Both the position numbers and the translations under genes were made by a program. From Fidelibacterota bacterium TCS56 (GTDB lineage: Bacteria > Fidelibacterota > Marinisomatia > Marinisomatales > TCS56): DNA of 49,630 nucleotides. Below the pieces are notes generated by a model. That model had not been told where the DNA came from. It saw only the letters and a list, made by a program, of their open reading frames with translations, and did no database searches. Shown here in pieces: positions 19,121 through 29,697 of the stretch. The stretch lies in assembly GCA_001577055.1 (NCBI GenBank), contig LSCG01000002.1, positions 1 to 49,630 of the forward strand, in the 5' to 3' direction. Every line of letters begins with the position of its first letter. The first letter of the stretch is position 1.

Positions 19121-19942
19121 ATGGAGCGAATAAATAAATCTGCATTGCTTTGCTTGTTGGTCGCAGCGGCATTGAATTCTGCTGTTTTTGCACAGACTGA
19201 CACCCAGCGCGAAATGCGGCGGCTGAATGCAAAAATCGAACGTGAGAAGGTCCGCATCGATTCACTGGAAACGCAAATTCGCATTCTGCTCCCAGAATTA
19301 CGAAATGCTCTCAAGGCTACAGTGATGGCTAAGAAGCAGACCGATTCGATTGCCATAATTTTAGTCAACCGGATTAACACGATTCAGAATAAAATCCGGA
19401 TTCTGGAAGATAAGGCCGAATATACCGACAGCACCAATTTTGAGGTATTATCCCAATTGGTGATGATTGAGAACAAGATTGTCACACTGACTAACAGCTT
19501 TACCGAGATGTATAATCTGAAAGCGGAAAGCACACCTACACCCCAGCAGATTAAAATTTCGGCGATTGAGTATAAGAAACTTTATTTGGAGAATTTGGGT
19601 CATTATCAAAACGCCGATTTCGAAAAAGCGATCAATGGCTTCTCTAACCTGATTATGAGTGATCCGACACATGAACTGGCTGATAATTGCCAATACTGGC
19701 TGGCAGAATGTTATTATTCATCCAAAAATTTCAAACGGGCGATTGCCGAGTTCGAAAAAGTGTTCTCATTTCAAGGAACTGATAAAGATGATGACGCCCA
19801 GTTAAAACTGGCCCTGGCGTATCAAAGCATGGGTGATCTGGAAAATGCGGTTGCCGAGTATTCGCGACTAATGGATTATTTTCCCGGCAGCGAATACTAC
19901 CAGCGGGCCAAAGAAGCAATTAAGAAATTAAACGTTGAATAA
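19121..19942 (+). CDS. CpoB/YbgF-like periplasmic coiled-coil + TPR protein
   Basis: Signal peptide ...AALNSAVFAQ, an N-terminal heptad-rich coiled coil, and a C-terminal TPR block: ADNCQYWLAECYYSSKNFKRAIAEFEKV ... AQLKLALAYQSMGDLENAVAEYSRLMDYFPGSEY. Confidence 0.5.
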   Translation: MERINKSALLCLLVAAALNSAVFAQTDTQREMRRLNAKIEREKVRIDSLETQIRILLPELRNALKATVMAKKQTDSIAIILVNRINTIQNKIRILEDKAEYTDSTNFEVLSQLVMIENKIVTLTNSFTEMYNLKAESTPTPQQIKISAIEYKKLYLENLGHYQNADFEKAINGFSNLIMSDPTHELADNCQYWLAECYYSSKNFKRAIAEFEKVFSFQGTDKDDDAQLKLALAYQSMGDLENAVAEYSRLMDYFPGSEYYQRAKEAIKKLNVE

Positions 19943-19944
19943 TC

Positions 19945-20769
19945 ATGCCAAAAAAACTGTTTTACCTTACCACTGAAATTTCACCATTTGCCAACACTGC
20001 CGGGTTGGGTGTTTTCTCAGCCCATGTTCCCTTGTACCTTCAGGAGAAGGGGCATGATATCCGCACAATTATCCCGAAATACGGTTTTGTCAGCGAGCGC
20101 AAATATATCCTGCGTGAAGTAATCCGACTCAGGGAAATTCCTTTCGAATTTAACCGTGAAGAACAACTGGCCTCTGCTAAAAGTGCTTTCATACCAAAAA
20201 CAAGGGTACAAGTGTATTTTCTGGAGCACGCCCAATGGTTTAAACCACTGTCCAACCTGTTGTATAAATCGAAAAACGGTCGCCCGTATAATGATAATGA
20301 CCTGCGCTATGCCTTTTTCGGAAAGGCCACGCTGGCAACCCTGCCACATTTATTCTGGAAGCCGGATATATTGTTATGCAATGACTGGAGTTCAGCAATA
20401 GTGCCGGCGATTTATCGCCAACTCTTTGCGGATCAGGAATTCTATCAGGATATAAAAACCGTCATGGTTGTGCATTCGCTGCCGGAATACATGGTTTTCC
20501 ACCGGGAAGTGTTCGAGCAAGCCGGGCTGACGATTCCGGAACGATTCAAGGATGAGCAGATTAACGTGTATGAATTGGCGGCTGAATTCACCGATCAGAT
20601 CATCGCAATCAATTCGCCGGAAAATAATGTTTCGGATGAATTGCTGAAACTATCGGGTATAAAAGACGTTAAGGGCAAAGTAAACTCGCTGACTATCGAC
20701 GACGACTCAATTGAATCATTCCATAAGGTTGCCGATTCAATTAACACGATTATTGACGCAATCGACTAA
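19945..20769 (+). CDS. Half-size glycogen/starch synthase homologue (N-terminal GT5 Rossmann domain only)
   Basis: 274 aa. KKLFYLTTEISPFANTAGLGVFSAHVPLYLQEKGHDIRTIIPKYG aligns with the GlgA N-terminus, but the KTGGL motif reads NTAGL (19993..20007). The C-terminal nucleotide-sugar domain is absent. Confidence 0.6.
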   Translation: MPKKLFYLTTEISPFANTAGLGVFSAHVPLYLQEKGHDIRTIIPKYGFVSERKYILREVIRLREIPFEFNREEQLASAKSAFIPKTRVQVYFLEHAQWFKPLSNLLYKSKNGRPYNDNDLRYAFFGKATLATLPHLFWKPDILLCNDWSSAIVPAIYRQLFADQEFYQDIKTVMVVHSLPEYMVFHREVFEQAGLTIPERFKDEQINVYELAAEFTDQIIAINSPENNVSDELLKLSGIKDVKGKVNSLTIDDDSIESFHKVADSINTIIDAID

Positions 20770-20790
20770 AAACTCATTTACAAAAAATCG

Positions 20791-22062
20791 ATGAATTCAC
20801 ACAAAATTGCGGGGATAGCGGCTATCTGTGCGCTGTTGCTGCTCCTCCTCATATCATGTACCAGTGATCCGATCACCAGTGACTTAGTCAATGCCAGAGT
20901 AGCTATTGATACTTTATCCATCGACCAGTTCTTTGGCTTCAGTTATCAGACTCCGGCCAAAACCGGAATGCTGTCCAATCTTTTCTTTGGTAATGAAAAT
21001 GGCTATTCCTGTCCCTATACCTTACTCAATTTCAGTCGCTTCTCCAGCGATGTGACCTATAGCCTGTTGACGCTACAGGATTCATCGGTTATCGCTATCG
21101 ACAGTTTATTCGTTATGCTCTATGCCACCGATTCGCTGGCTATTGATGATGCTGGCAGCTACCATATTAATTACATCCTCCCCCAGGAACGGGACAGTCT
21201 TTTTCGGGAGGCTGATGTAACCTACCACAATCTGGATACTAGTTTCGTCAATGGTAAATTATCTCAAATCGCTGCCAGCACCTCCATGCAGAGCGACACC
21301 GGTCTGACTAAACCGTATCTCAGATTTAACCTGACGGATGCTAAAGAAATTATTCTGGACGCCTTTGCCGATACCAGTGCCAACCTGCTGAACCGCGGGA
21401 TGGTTGTCTGGCGTGATAGTCCTGATAATGAAATGAGCAATTTTTACAGCCGTAACGGGTCGACTTTATTTCCCCGGATGGAAGTACAATTCCGCCGTGC
21501 GGTGGGGGAGGATTCGGCGTGGGTTGCGATTGTTGACACGCTGAAGAAATTCTTTTATACCTTGCATGATTACTCACCGATTTTCCCACCCCCGTTGGAT
21601 GAAATTGATACGACCTATCTGTCAATTGGGTTGGGTAAAGGCTTGAATTCGATTTTTCAGATTCAATTAGAAGATGATTTTATCCCGATCGGCGCAGTAA
21701 TTAAAAGCGCTGAACTAACCTTGCAAGCGGACTCGATCGACTTCGACCCCAATGGCTTCATGGTTGGCATTTATTCGATTTATGATACGGTGGACAGCAA
21801 TATCCATGATTATTTTTTCAGCGAGAGTGATCCCTACCAGGCAAAGCAATTGGAATTAATCGATGCCAGCGTAACCGGCAGCCAGGTAATTTTTGACATT
21901 AGATCATTGTTGCAGGCCATTTCCCTGGAGTATCATACTAATTACGGAATCAAATTATTTGGTTCCAGCCTGAATTCGCCTTTTAAAACACTGCACCTGC
22001 ACAAAGAACAGAACGATGTATTTCTTCCCAGATTGAGGGTTACTTATGTTGAACCGTTATAA
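20791..22062 (+). CDS. Lipoprotein of unknown function (possibly DUF4270-like, by remembered synteny only)
   Basis: 423 aa with lipobox LLLISC-TSD. No enzymatic motif was recognised. In Bacteroidota I recall short glgA-like genes being followed by a DUF4270 lipoprotein. Confidence 0.4.
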   Translation: MNSHKIAGIAAICALLLLLLISCTSDPITSDLVNARVAIDTLSIDQFFGFSYQTPAKTGMLSNLFFGNENGYSCPYTLLNFSRFSSDVTYSLLTLQDSSVIAIDSLFVMLYATDSLAIDDAGSYHINYILPQERDSLFREADVTYHNLDTSFVNGKLSQIAASTSMQSDTGLTKPYLRFNLTDAKEIILDAFADTSANLLNRGMVVWRDSPDNEMSNFYSRNGSTLFPRMEVQFRRAVGEDSAWVAIVDTLKKFFYTLHDYSPIFPPPLDEIDTTYLSIGLGKGLNSIFQIQLEDDFIPIGAVIKSAELTLQADSIDFDPNGFMVGIYSIYDTVDSNIHDYFFSESDPYQAKQLELIDASVTGSQVIFDIRSLLQAISLEYHTNYGIKLFGSSLNSPFKTLHLHKEQNDVFLPRLRVTYVEPL

Positions 22063-23317
22063 ACTGATACTAATATTTATCTCATCAGTAATTCTCTGCG
22101 GGCAGAGTATCTACAATTCCGTCGGACTGGGTACTGCTCTAAACTCTGCCAGTGCCGCTGCCGCCGGTACCGGGTCCACCGGTCTCGTACCTTCGTTGAG
22201 TTCTGGTCTTTCGCTGGAAAATCCGGTAACCTGGAATAAAAGCCCGTTTGCGTTACTCTCCACAACCGTGATTGGTGAGCGATTGAATTTAGCCGGCGGC
22301 CAGCAAAACGGTAGCACCGAGATCGGATCGATCCAGTTGATTCTGCCAGTGAAGGGTAGAACAGCCTGGGGATTTTCATTGAATCCCTTGACCAGCAATG
22401 TTTATACAGCAGTCGGGCCCCAGACTACTCAGGTCATTTATGAAGATACTGTAAAAATTAAGAATTCGGTTGATGGTGCCGGCGGGATGAATTCATTGAA
22501 AATTGCCTATAATTTTCCATTAACTGCTACTGAGCGGAATGCTATAGCGCTGGAATTCATCTTCGGTTCTTCCCGCTATGCTGCAACTACTGAGTTGAAT
22601 TCTTTGCCCTATGTAACCAGTCGGCATGATTCCTACTCAGGACTGATGGTTGATTATTATTTATCCAGTGATCGCTTCTCAAATAAGCAGCGTCCGCTGA
22701 CCTTGTATTTATCGGTAGGATTTACGGTAAAACCCGTCCGGGTGGTATCCGATGTTTACCATTTGTATGAAGATAAAAATGAGGATGGCTTCTATTCCAG
22801 TACCTATGATTTTCCAGGATTACTTAGTGAAGATTACACTGCCAGAACAGTGAGCAAGGATGTGCAAAAGCCAATTAAACTGGCTGTCGGATTTAATTAC
22901 GGCATCGCTGATTATTGGGCGGTACAAGGAGAATTTACCAGGAAGAGTTACAATTCCAATCTGCCATCGGCGCTCCAATCTTTTCTTGGTTCCGAGTATC
23001 TTTTGCATAGACATTTCAGTCTGGGAGTAATTAAATTTGGAAGATCAATTCCCCGTGAATGGTATGATCACTTCCATTATCGGATCGGGGTATTTTCCAA
23101 GGCACTTGAATTAGATGGTTATCAAGATTTGTTAAGTGAGACCGGAGTAACTTCGGGACTTGGCTGGCGCTTTGGTAGAACCGGCAATCAGCTAGACATT
23201 GCCTATTCAGTCGGATGGCGTAAAGGTCCGCTGCATAGCGGCAGCGAGACCATCGAGCGTCTTAAGTTCCAACTTACCCTCGGCGATATTTGGTTTGTCA
23301 AAAGGAGACCACGTTAA
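22046..23317 (+). CDS. Putative outer-membrane beta-barrel protein
   Basis: 423 aa with a signal peptide (LILIFISSVILCGQ). A Gly/Ala/Ser-rich N-terminal segment ends in NPVTW, reminiscent of the PorV/FadL-like plug. The sequence has alternating hydrophobic periodicity with many Y/G/S, and the last strand is LKFQLTLGDIWF. Confidence 0.45.
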   Translation: MLNRYKLILIFISSVILCGQSIYNSVGLGTALNSASAAAAGTGSTGLVPSLSSGLSLENPVTWNKSPFALLSTTVIGERLNLAGGQQNGSTEIGSIQLILPVKGRTAWGFSLNPLTSNVYTAVGPQTTQVIYEDTVKIKNSVDGAGGMNSLKIAYNFPLTATERNAIALEFIFGSSRYAATTELNSLPYVTSRHDSYSGLMVDYYLSSDRFSNKQRPLTLYLSVGFTVKPVRVVSDVYHLYEDKNEDGFYSSTYDFPGLLSEDYTARTVSKDVQKPIKLAVGFNYGIADYWAVQGEFTRKSYNSNLPSALQSFLGSEYLLHRHFSLGVIKFGRSIPREWYDHFHYRIGVFSKALELDGYQDLLSETGVTSGLGWRFGRTGNQLDIAYSVGWRKGPLHSGSETIERLKFQLTLGDIWFVKRRPR

Positions 23318-23318
23318 A

Positions 23319-24590
23319 ATGAAAAATATTATTTTGCGCATTCTGTTACTGTCATTCGGCATCGCATTATTCACGATGTGTGTGCCACCTTCAGATGGCC
23401 CTGATCCCGCCGTTCTGGCCGAGGAACGGCGTCTTGATTCTTTACGTCAGGTCCGCTGCCCGCGTTTACTCAGCAGTGCGGCCGAGTATTATAAAAACCG
23501 TGACTGGAAATCAACCGTTCGCGTTTACAACGAAGTGGTTGAGCTTGGTTGCGATCGGGGCGATGAAGAGAATGTTTATCTTTTTTATGCGATCGCCTAC
23601 GAACCCATGGGGCATTTTGATAGCTCGGAATACGTATTAATCAAGGGTTTGCAAAAATTACCTGATAATCTGCCACTGCGTAAAAGATTAGCCTATGCCT
23701 ACGAAAAACAGGGCAAAATTGATCAGATGATTAGCGAGTGGGAAAAAATAATTGTACTGGATTCCACTGATGTAGAGACAATGATGAACTTGATTGATGT
23801 GTATAAAGATAGGGAAAACTGGGACGATGTTATCCTGATTGCCCGCCAGGTCCTGGAAGTGGATCCGGCTAATGAGGAATCCATAAGTGCGCTCGCCACC
23901 GGAATTAAGAAGACTGGCGGCGATCCCATGGATACCTACATCAAGCAGGTCGATGATTACCCGGACAATGTTTCTTATAAAATTAATCTGGCCCAGCGCC
24001 TGATTGACGCCGGCCGGGCGGCGGAAGCGGTAAATTATATCCGTGACGGATTGATCATTGAACCGGACAGTAAACCCTTGCATCGTTTGTTGGGTGAAGC
24101 ATATTATAATGACAATCAACTGGATGAAGCATCCAAGGCTTATGAGAAGCTTTTCAATCTGGATCCGCGTGATGTGCAATTGGCGATTACTATCTCTGAA
24201 ATCAATGTGCTCGATAATGAGTACGCCAAAGCGATACGCTGGGCAGATAAGGCGATTTCCATTGAGACCAATAATGGCGGTAATGCCTACGGGCAAAAGG
24301 GCAATGTTTATTATAAATCCTTCGGCGCCTGTCGTTCGACCGCTATTAATACCAATGATCGCATCGTGGCGGCTTTGGCCCTGAAATATTTCAAAATGGC
24401 GGCGGACAACGGCACACGAAAATTCTATGTCAATCAGAAATGGCTGGAAGATAATTATAAGGATGTTATATTCCGGAAACAGGAGTGGTTCATGCTGACG
24501 CCCGAACAGCAGCGAAAAGGTTATGTTGAAGCCACCTCCGAATGCTATGACTGGATTGAAGAAAAATTAATGAAGGATGGATCCTGGTAA
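23319..24590 (+). CDS. TPR-repeat lipoprotein
   Basis: The start is trimmed to the ATG at 23319, preceded by AAAGGAG. The signal/lipobox is [11 protein letters not shown]. It has multiple TPR-like helices (e.g. [48 protein letters not shown]). Confidence 0.6.
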   Translation: MKNIILRILLLSFGIALFTMCVPPSDGPDPAVLAEERRLDSLRQVRCPRLLSSAAEYYKNRDWKSTVRVYNEVVELGCDRGDEENVYLFYAIAYEPMGHFDSSEYVLIKGLQKLPDNLPLRKRLAYAYEKQGKIDQMISEWEKIIVLDSTDVETMMNLIDVYKDRENWDDVILIARQVLEVDPANEESISALATGIKKTGGDPMDTYIKQVDDYPDNVSYKINLAQRLIDAGRAAEAVNYIRDGLIIEPDSKPLHRLLGEAYYNDNQLDEASKAYEKLFNLDPRDVQLAITISEINVLDNEYAKAIRWADKAISIETNNGGNAYGQKGNVYYKSFGACRSTAINTNDRIVAALALKYFKMAADNGTRKFYVNQKWLEDNYKDVIFRKQEWFMLTPEQQRKGYVEATSECYDWIEEKLMKDGSW

Positions 24591-24606
24591 ACCGATCGAG
24601 GGGAAG

Positions 24607-25920
24607 ATGAGTAAATCAGGCGCGTTTGAACATCTGAGGAATTCCGATCAGGAGATGTATGATATTCTGGCCCGTGAAATCGGCCGGGAAGATGGTACAC
24701 TGGAACTGATCGCCTCAGAGAATTTTGTCAGTTACCCGGTAATGGAAATGGCCGGCGGTGTTATGACCAATAAATACGCCGAAGGCTATCCCGGCAAACG
24801 CTATTATGGCGGTTGTCAGCATGTGGATGAAGCTGAAAATCTGGCCCGTGACCGCGCCAAACAACTGTTTGGCTGTGACTATGCCAATGTGCAGCCTCAT
24901 TCCGGTTCTCAGGCGAATATGGCCGCTTTGCTGACCTTTCTGGAAGTTGGTGATACGATTATGGGGCTGGATTTGGCTCATGGCGGGCATTTGACCCATG
25001 GCAGTCCGGTTAATTTTTCCGGTCGCCTGTTTAATGTGGTCTCCTACCAGGTTGATAAAGAAACCGGCCGGACCGATTTCGATATGGTGGCCAAATTGGC
25101 CCGTGAGCACCGTCCCAAATTGATTATCTGTGGCGGCAGCGCCTATCCCCGCCATATTGAATTCGAACAGTTTCATGCCATCGCAGCCGAGGTTGGCGCC
25201 TTTTTAATGGCCGATATCGCCCATCCGGCGGGACTGGTGGCTACCGGATTGCATCCGTCGCCCATGCCCTGGTGCGATGTGGTTACTACCACTACCCATA
25301 AAACTTTGCGAGGTCCCCGTGGCGGAATGATCATGATGGGGAAGGATAAAGAAAATCCCTGGGGAAAAGTTGCCCCTAAATCCGGGCGCGTTAAAAATAT
25401 ATCAGAATTAATCGATTCCACTGTCATGCCCGGGATTCAAGGCGGACCACTCATGCATGTTATCGCCGCTAAAGCGGTGGCGTTTGGCGAAGCATTGCAG
25501 CCGGAATTCAAACAATATTCCCGGCAAATCGTCGCTAACGCCCAGGTCATGGCCGAAGAATTTCTTCAAATGGACTATAACCTGATAAGCGGCGGTACCG
25601 ATACCCATGTAATATTGATCGATTTGACCAATAAGAATATATCCGGTAAAAAGGCGGAAAATGCACTGGAAGCTGCCGCTATTACCGTCAATAAGAATAT
25701 GGTTCCGTTTGATACCCGCAGCCCCTTCGTTACCAGCGGTATCCGGGTTGGCACCCCTGCAATTACCACCCGCGGAATGCAAGCCGATGACATCCGCTTG
25801 ATTTGTAAATTAATTGATCGCGTCATATCCAATCATGGAGACGAAGACAATTTAAAATCGGTCAAATCGGAGGTTAATGCACTCTGCCAGTCTTTCCCGC
25901 TCTACCGGGAAATGCACTGA
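24607..25920 (+). CDS. glyA: Serine hydroxymethyltransferase
   Basis: The start is trimmed to the ATG at 24607. Motifs: [33 protein letters not shown], and the PLP-Lys context [15 protein letters not shown]. Confidence 0.95.
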   Translation: MSKSGAFEHLRNSDQEMYDILAREIGREDGTLELIASENFVSYPVMEMAGGVMTNKYAEGYPGKRYYGGCQHVDEAENLARDRAKQLFGCDYANVQPHSGSQANMAALLTFLEVGDTIMGLDLAHGGHLTHGSPVNFSGRLFNVVSYQVDKETGRTDFDMVAKLAREHRPKLIICGGSAYPRHIEFEQFHAIAAEVGAFLMADIAHPAGLVATGLHPSPMPWCDVVTTTTHKTLRGPRGGMIMMGKDKENPWGKVAPKSGRVKNISELIDSTVMPGIQGGPLMHVIAAKAVAFGEALQPEFKQYSRQIVANAQVMAEEFLQMDYNLISGGTDTHVILIDLTNKNISGKKAENALEAAAITVNKNMVPFDTRSPFVTSGIRVGTPAITTRGMQADDIRLICKLIDRVISNHGDEDNLKSVKSEVNALCQSFPLYREMH

Positions 25921-26872
25921 TCAGGGAAAAGATTTATTGCGTTTCCCGGCGATCCGATCCGCTTCTACCCGTTACCGTGAATTATTGGCGGCGGTCAGTC
26001 TTGGCTTATTAATCAGCGCTTGTTCGCCGACTACTTTTCTCATCAACCGCCTGGGCTCTTCCATGGGATCAGCCACGGATGTATATTTGACTGAAAATGA
26101 TCCTCAGTTGGTCCGCGAAGCCTTTCCTTTCAATCTCAAAACGATGGAAATGCTGGTTGCCCAGGCACCGGATAATTCCCAACTGCTGACCGCCACGGCT
26201 GCGGCCTTTGCCTTGTACAGCTACGGCTTCATTCTGGAGGATGCGGAGCGTACCGCAGCGGAAGACATCCGCGCCGGCCGGGAAATCTATCTCCGGGCTT
26301 TGAATCTGTTTCAGCGCAGTTATAATTACGGCCTGCGCGCGCTGGAGGCTGAGCATCAGGGCTTCATCGACCAATTTGATACTGATCCTCGCGGAGCTTT
26401 GTCGCAACTGATCGAAGATGATATCGAAGCGATCTACTGGACGGCGGCATCCTTGGCAGGAATGATTTCCGCCAGCCAGGGCAATCCGGCATACCTGATC
26501 CACTTACCGAAAGTGGGCTATCTTTTTAATCAGGCTTTTTCGTTGAATCCGCAGTGGAATGATGGGGCGCTCCACCTGGCGTTGATGAAATATGAATTAA
26601 GCCGCCCCGACGCCCGCAGCGATGCCGTAGAGGTTGCCGTCGGCCACTATCAAGCGGCCTTGGATTTGTCCGGGGGACGTGATTGTTCGGTGTATCTGGC
26701 TTATGCCGAAACAATTTCGATACAGACACAAAACCGCCAGGAATTTATAAATCTACTGGAAACCGCCATGGCCGTGGATGTGGACCGACATCCGCAAAAT
26801 CGCTTGTCAAATCTACTGGCACAGGATCGAGCGCGTTGGTTGCTGGGCCGGATTGATGAGTTATTCTTTTAA
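25877..26872 (+). CDS. TatT-like TPR lipoprotein (T component of a TPR-protein-associated TRAP transporter)
   Basis: Lipobox LLISAC. It is helical and TPR-like, sits immediately upstream of and 1-nt overlapped with dctP-like and fused dctQM genes, and its N-terminal [23 protein letters not shown] resembles the TatT family as I remember it. The ATG at 25877 overlaps glyA by 44 nt. An alternative TTG at 25937, after AGGGAAAAG, avoids the overlap. Confidence 0.55.
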   Translation: MHSASLSRSTGKCTDQGKDLLRFPAIRSASTRYRELLAAVSLGLLISACSPTTFLINRLGSSMGSATDVYLTENDPQLVREAFPFNLKTMEMLVAQAPDNSQLLTATAAAFALYSYGFILEDAERTAAEDIRAGREIYLRALNLFQRSYNYGLRALEAEHQGFIDQFDTDPRGALSQLIEDDIEAIYWTAASLAGMISASQGNPAYLIHLPKVGYLFNQAFSLNPQWNDGALHLALMKYELSRPDARSDAVEVAVGHYQAALDLSGGRDCSVYLAYAETISIQTQNRQEFINLLETAMAVDVDRHPQNRLSNLLAQDRARWLLGRIDELFF

Positions 26873-27876
26873 TGCGAATCCGAAATCTAGTTTGCGTTCT
26901 CCTGATATGGGTTGCGTTAATCCCGGCTAAGACCACCGTAATAAAACTGGCTACCCTGGCGCCCCAGGGATCGGACATGTACAATCTCATGGTGGAGATG
27001 GGGCAGGCCTGGACGGAAGCCACCGATGGGGCGATCAAATTGCGCATCTATCCTAACGGCGTAGTCGGAGATGAGCGTGATATGATCCGCAAAATCCGCG
27101 TGGGGCAGATTCATGCCGCAGCGGTTACCACCGAAGGCCTGTCAGTGGTATCGACCGATGTATATGGTTTTCTGGTGCCTTTGTTATTCGACGATTTTGA
27201 GGATGTTGACTGGGTGCGGAATAGAATCGCTCCGCAACTGGAACAGGATTTTGCCGATAACGGTTTCGTAATCCTGAATTGGGGTGATGTGGGCTGGGCT
27301 TACTGGTTTTCGCGTGAACCTTTGCTGGTACCATCCGATCTGGAGGATATGTCGATCTTTACCTGGGCCGGTGATTATCATACGGCCAAATTGTGGAAAC
27401 AGGCCGGTTTCGAATCAGTCCAGTTGGCCTATCTTGACGTACTCTCCGGACTGCAAACCGGGTTGATTGATGCTTTGGCTACACCTTCGATAATGGCTTT
27501 ATCAAATCAGTTTTTCGGTCCGGCTGATCACATGCTGGATATGAAGTGGGGACTGGTGACCGGCGGTACGATCATCGATAAGCGCATCTGGGACCGAATC
27601 AATACAAAGCATCAGCAGAAAATGCTGACGATTGCCCGTAAATACGGCGTCAAACAGCAGGCGATAAACCGTAATATCGATGACCTGGCCATCGCCACCA
27701 TGCTGGAACATGGTTTAACCGTGCATGAGCCCAATCCGCAGCAGATGGAACAATGGGTTACCCTGACGCGCAGTTTCTATCCCCTGATTCGCGGCAGCCT
27801 GATACCGGCCGGAATTTTCGATAAGGTGGTGGCGCTGAAAGCCGAGAAGGATTCACTCGATCTGCTGGATGAGTAG
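26872..27876 (+). CDS. TRAP transporter substrate-binding protein (DctP family, TatP-like)
   Basis: 334 aa with a signal peptide. IKLATLAPQGS...AIKLRIYPNGVVGDERDMIRKIRVGQIHAAAVT and LSGLQTGLIDALATP align with the DctP/SiaP blocks. Confidence 0.75.
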   Translation: MRIRNLVCVLLIWVALIPAKTTVIKLATLAPQGSDMYNLMVEMGQAWTEATDGAIKLRIYPNGVVGDERDMIRKIRVGQIHAAAVTTEGLSVVSTDVYGFLVPLLFDDFEDVDWVRNRIAPQLEQDFADNGFVILNWGDVGWAYWFSREPLLVPSDLEDMSIFTWAGDYHTAKLWKQAGFESVQLAYLDVLSGLQTGLIDALATPSIMALSNQFFGPADHMLDMKWGLVTGGTIIDKRIWDRINTKHQQKMLTIARKYGVKQQAINRNIDDLAIATMLEHGLTVHEPNPQQMEQWVTLTRSFYPLIRGSLIPAGIFDKVVALKAEKDSLDLLDE

Positions 27877-27885
27877 TCACCGGTA

Positions 27886-29697
27886 ATGAATCTGAATTTC
27901 CGCCAACATTTTGCCGAACGTCTGCAGTGGGGGGAGGACACCCTGGCGCTGCTGGTGTTCTTCGCCATGACGGCCATTCCCTTTTTTGAAACCCTCCTGC
28001 GCTTTATCGGCCTGCCCGGGCTACCCTCGGCCGCGGTCATTGTTCAACATCTGACTCTGTGGATCGGATTTCTGGGAGCCGTGCTGGCCACACGTCAGAA
28101 CAAATTATTGTCGCTCACCTTCAATCCCATTTTCGTGATCGAGGAGGACTTCCATTTTGGGCGCTGGCTGGCCAAGATCGTTTCTTTCATGACGGCCGTG
28201 GCGCTGGCCTGGGGTAGCTGGAAACTGGTTCAAATCGAGTATGCCTATCCCCGCGATCTGGCGCCCGGCTTACCGATCTGGTTCGCCCAGATTGTGATGC
28301 CGGTGGGCTTCACCCTGATTGCGATTCAAATCTATAATGCCAGTTATCGCAACCGCCTGCTGCGGGCCACGATGATAATGGTCCCGATTGCCTTACTGGC
28401 TTTGGCCAATACCGGTTATTTCCAGGAAAATCTGTTTACTATCCTTTTCGGTCTCTCGGTACTGCTGGTTTCGTTGATGTTCGGCGCTCCCATCTTTGTC
28501 GGTTTGGGCGGAGCGGCCGCTATCCTGTTCTGGAATAATTTTGTACCGATTTCCGCCATCCCGGCCGAGACATACCGAATAGTGGTATCCCCCACGTTGC
28601 CCACGATTCCCCTGTTTACCCTCAGCGGCTATATTCTGGCGGAAGGTGGCGCTTCCCGGAGGATGCTGCGGCTGTTCCGGGCCTGGTTCGGCTGGCTGCC
28701 CGGCGGAACCCCGGTTATTGTGGTAATCTTATGTGGTTTCTTCACGGCTCTGACCGGCGGCTCGGGCGTGACAATTCTGGCTTTAGGGGGAATCCTGGTG
28801 CCAATGCTGATCAAAGAAGGGTACTCACGGATTTTTGCCATCGGTCTGGTAACGGTAGCCGGTTCACTGGGACTGCTGTTCCCGCCCAGCCTGCCGGCGA
28901 TTATTTTTGGTGTCACCGCCGGCGTATCGGTCAAGAGTATTTTCATCGCCGGTTTGCTGCCTGGTATCCTGCTGGTGGTAGCGGTTGCGGCCTGGGCGAT
29001 TCACCAGGGAAAAGTTCAGCAGATCAGATTCACCGCCTTTGACCGCCGGGAAGCGCTAAAGTCGATTTGGGAGGCCAAATGGGAAGCATTGATCCCGGCA
29101 GCCATCCTTGTGGGGATTTTCGGCGGATTTACTACTCTGGTAGAAACTGCGGCAATAACAGCTATTTACGTATTAATAATTGAAGTGTTTGTTTATCGTG
29201 ATTTGACTCTCCATGACCTGCCGAAAATCGTCATCGACTGTGCCACGCTGATCGGTGGCGTCCTGATCATCCTGGGGGTAGCCATGGGGTTGACCAGCTA
29301 TCTGGTGGATGCTCAGATACCAATGTTGCTCCTGGAATGGGTGCAGTCAATGGTTTCATCCAAATATGTCTTCCTGATTATGCTGAATATCTTCTTGCTG
29401 CTGGTAGGCTGCATGATGGACATTTTTTCGGCCATTATTGTAGTCGTCCCTTTGATTGCGCCGCTGGGAACATATTTCGGCATTGATCCGGTCCACCTTG
29501 GTATAATTTTTATTGCCAACCTTGAACTGGGTTTCCTGACCCCGCCGGTGGGGATGAATCTGTTTTTATCGGCTTACCGCTTTGACGAACCGATGCCGAT
29601 CATCTATAAAGCGACCCTGCCATTTTTTCTGATCAGGTTGTTAATGGTGCTGGCAATTACCTACCTGCCGTTTATTTCGCTGGCATTATTACCATAA
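27886..29697 (+). CDS. TRAP transporter fused small/large permease (DctQ-DctM)
   Basis: 603 aa and highly hydrophobic. An N-terminal module of about 170 aa with 4 TM helices (DctQ-like) is followed by a DctM-like module of about 430 aa (e.g. GTPVIVVILCGFFTALTGGSGVTILALGGILVPMLIKEGY, LELGFLTPPVGMNLF). Confidence 0.8.
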   Translation: MNLNFRQHFAERLQWGEDTLALLVFFAMTAIPFFETLLRFIGLPGLPSAAVIVQHLTLWIGFLGAVLATRQNKLLSLTFNPIFVIEEDFHFGRWLAKIVSFMTAVALAWGSWKLVQIEYAYPRDLAPGLPIWFAQIVMPVGFTLIAIQIYNASYRNRLLRATMIMVPIALLALANTGYFQENLFTILFGLSVLLVSLMFGAPIFVGLGGAAAILFWNNFVPISAIPAETYRIVVSPTLPTIPLFTLSGYILAEGGASRRMLRLFRAWFGWLPGGTPVIVVILCGFFTALTGGSGVTILALGGILVPMLIKEGYSRIFAIGLVTVAGSLGLLFPPSLPAIIFGVTAGVSVKSIFIAGLLPGILLVVAVAAWAIHQGKVQQIRFTAFDRREALKSIWEAKWEALIPAAILVGIFGGFTTLVETAAITAIYVLIIEVFVYRDLTLHDLPKIVIDCATLIGGVLIILGVAMGLTSYLVDAQIPMLLLEWVQSMVSSKYVFLIMLNIFLLLVGCMMDIFSAIIVVVPLIAPLGTYFGIDPVHLGIIFIANLELGFLTPPVGMNLFLSAYRFDEPMPIIYKATLPFFLIRLLMVLAITYLPFISLALLP

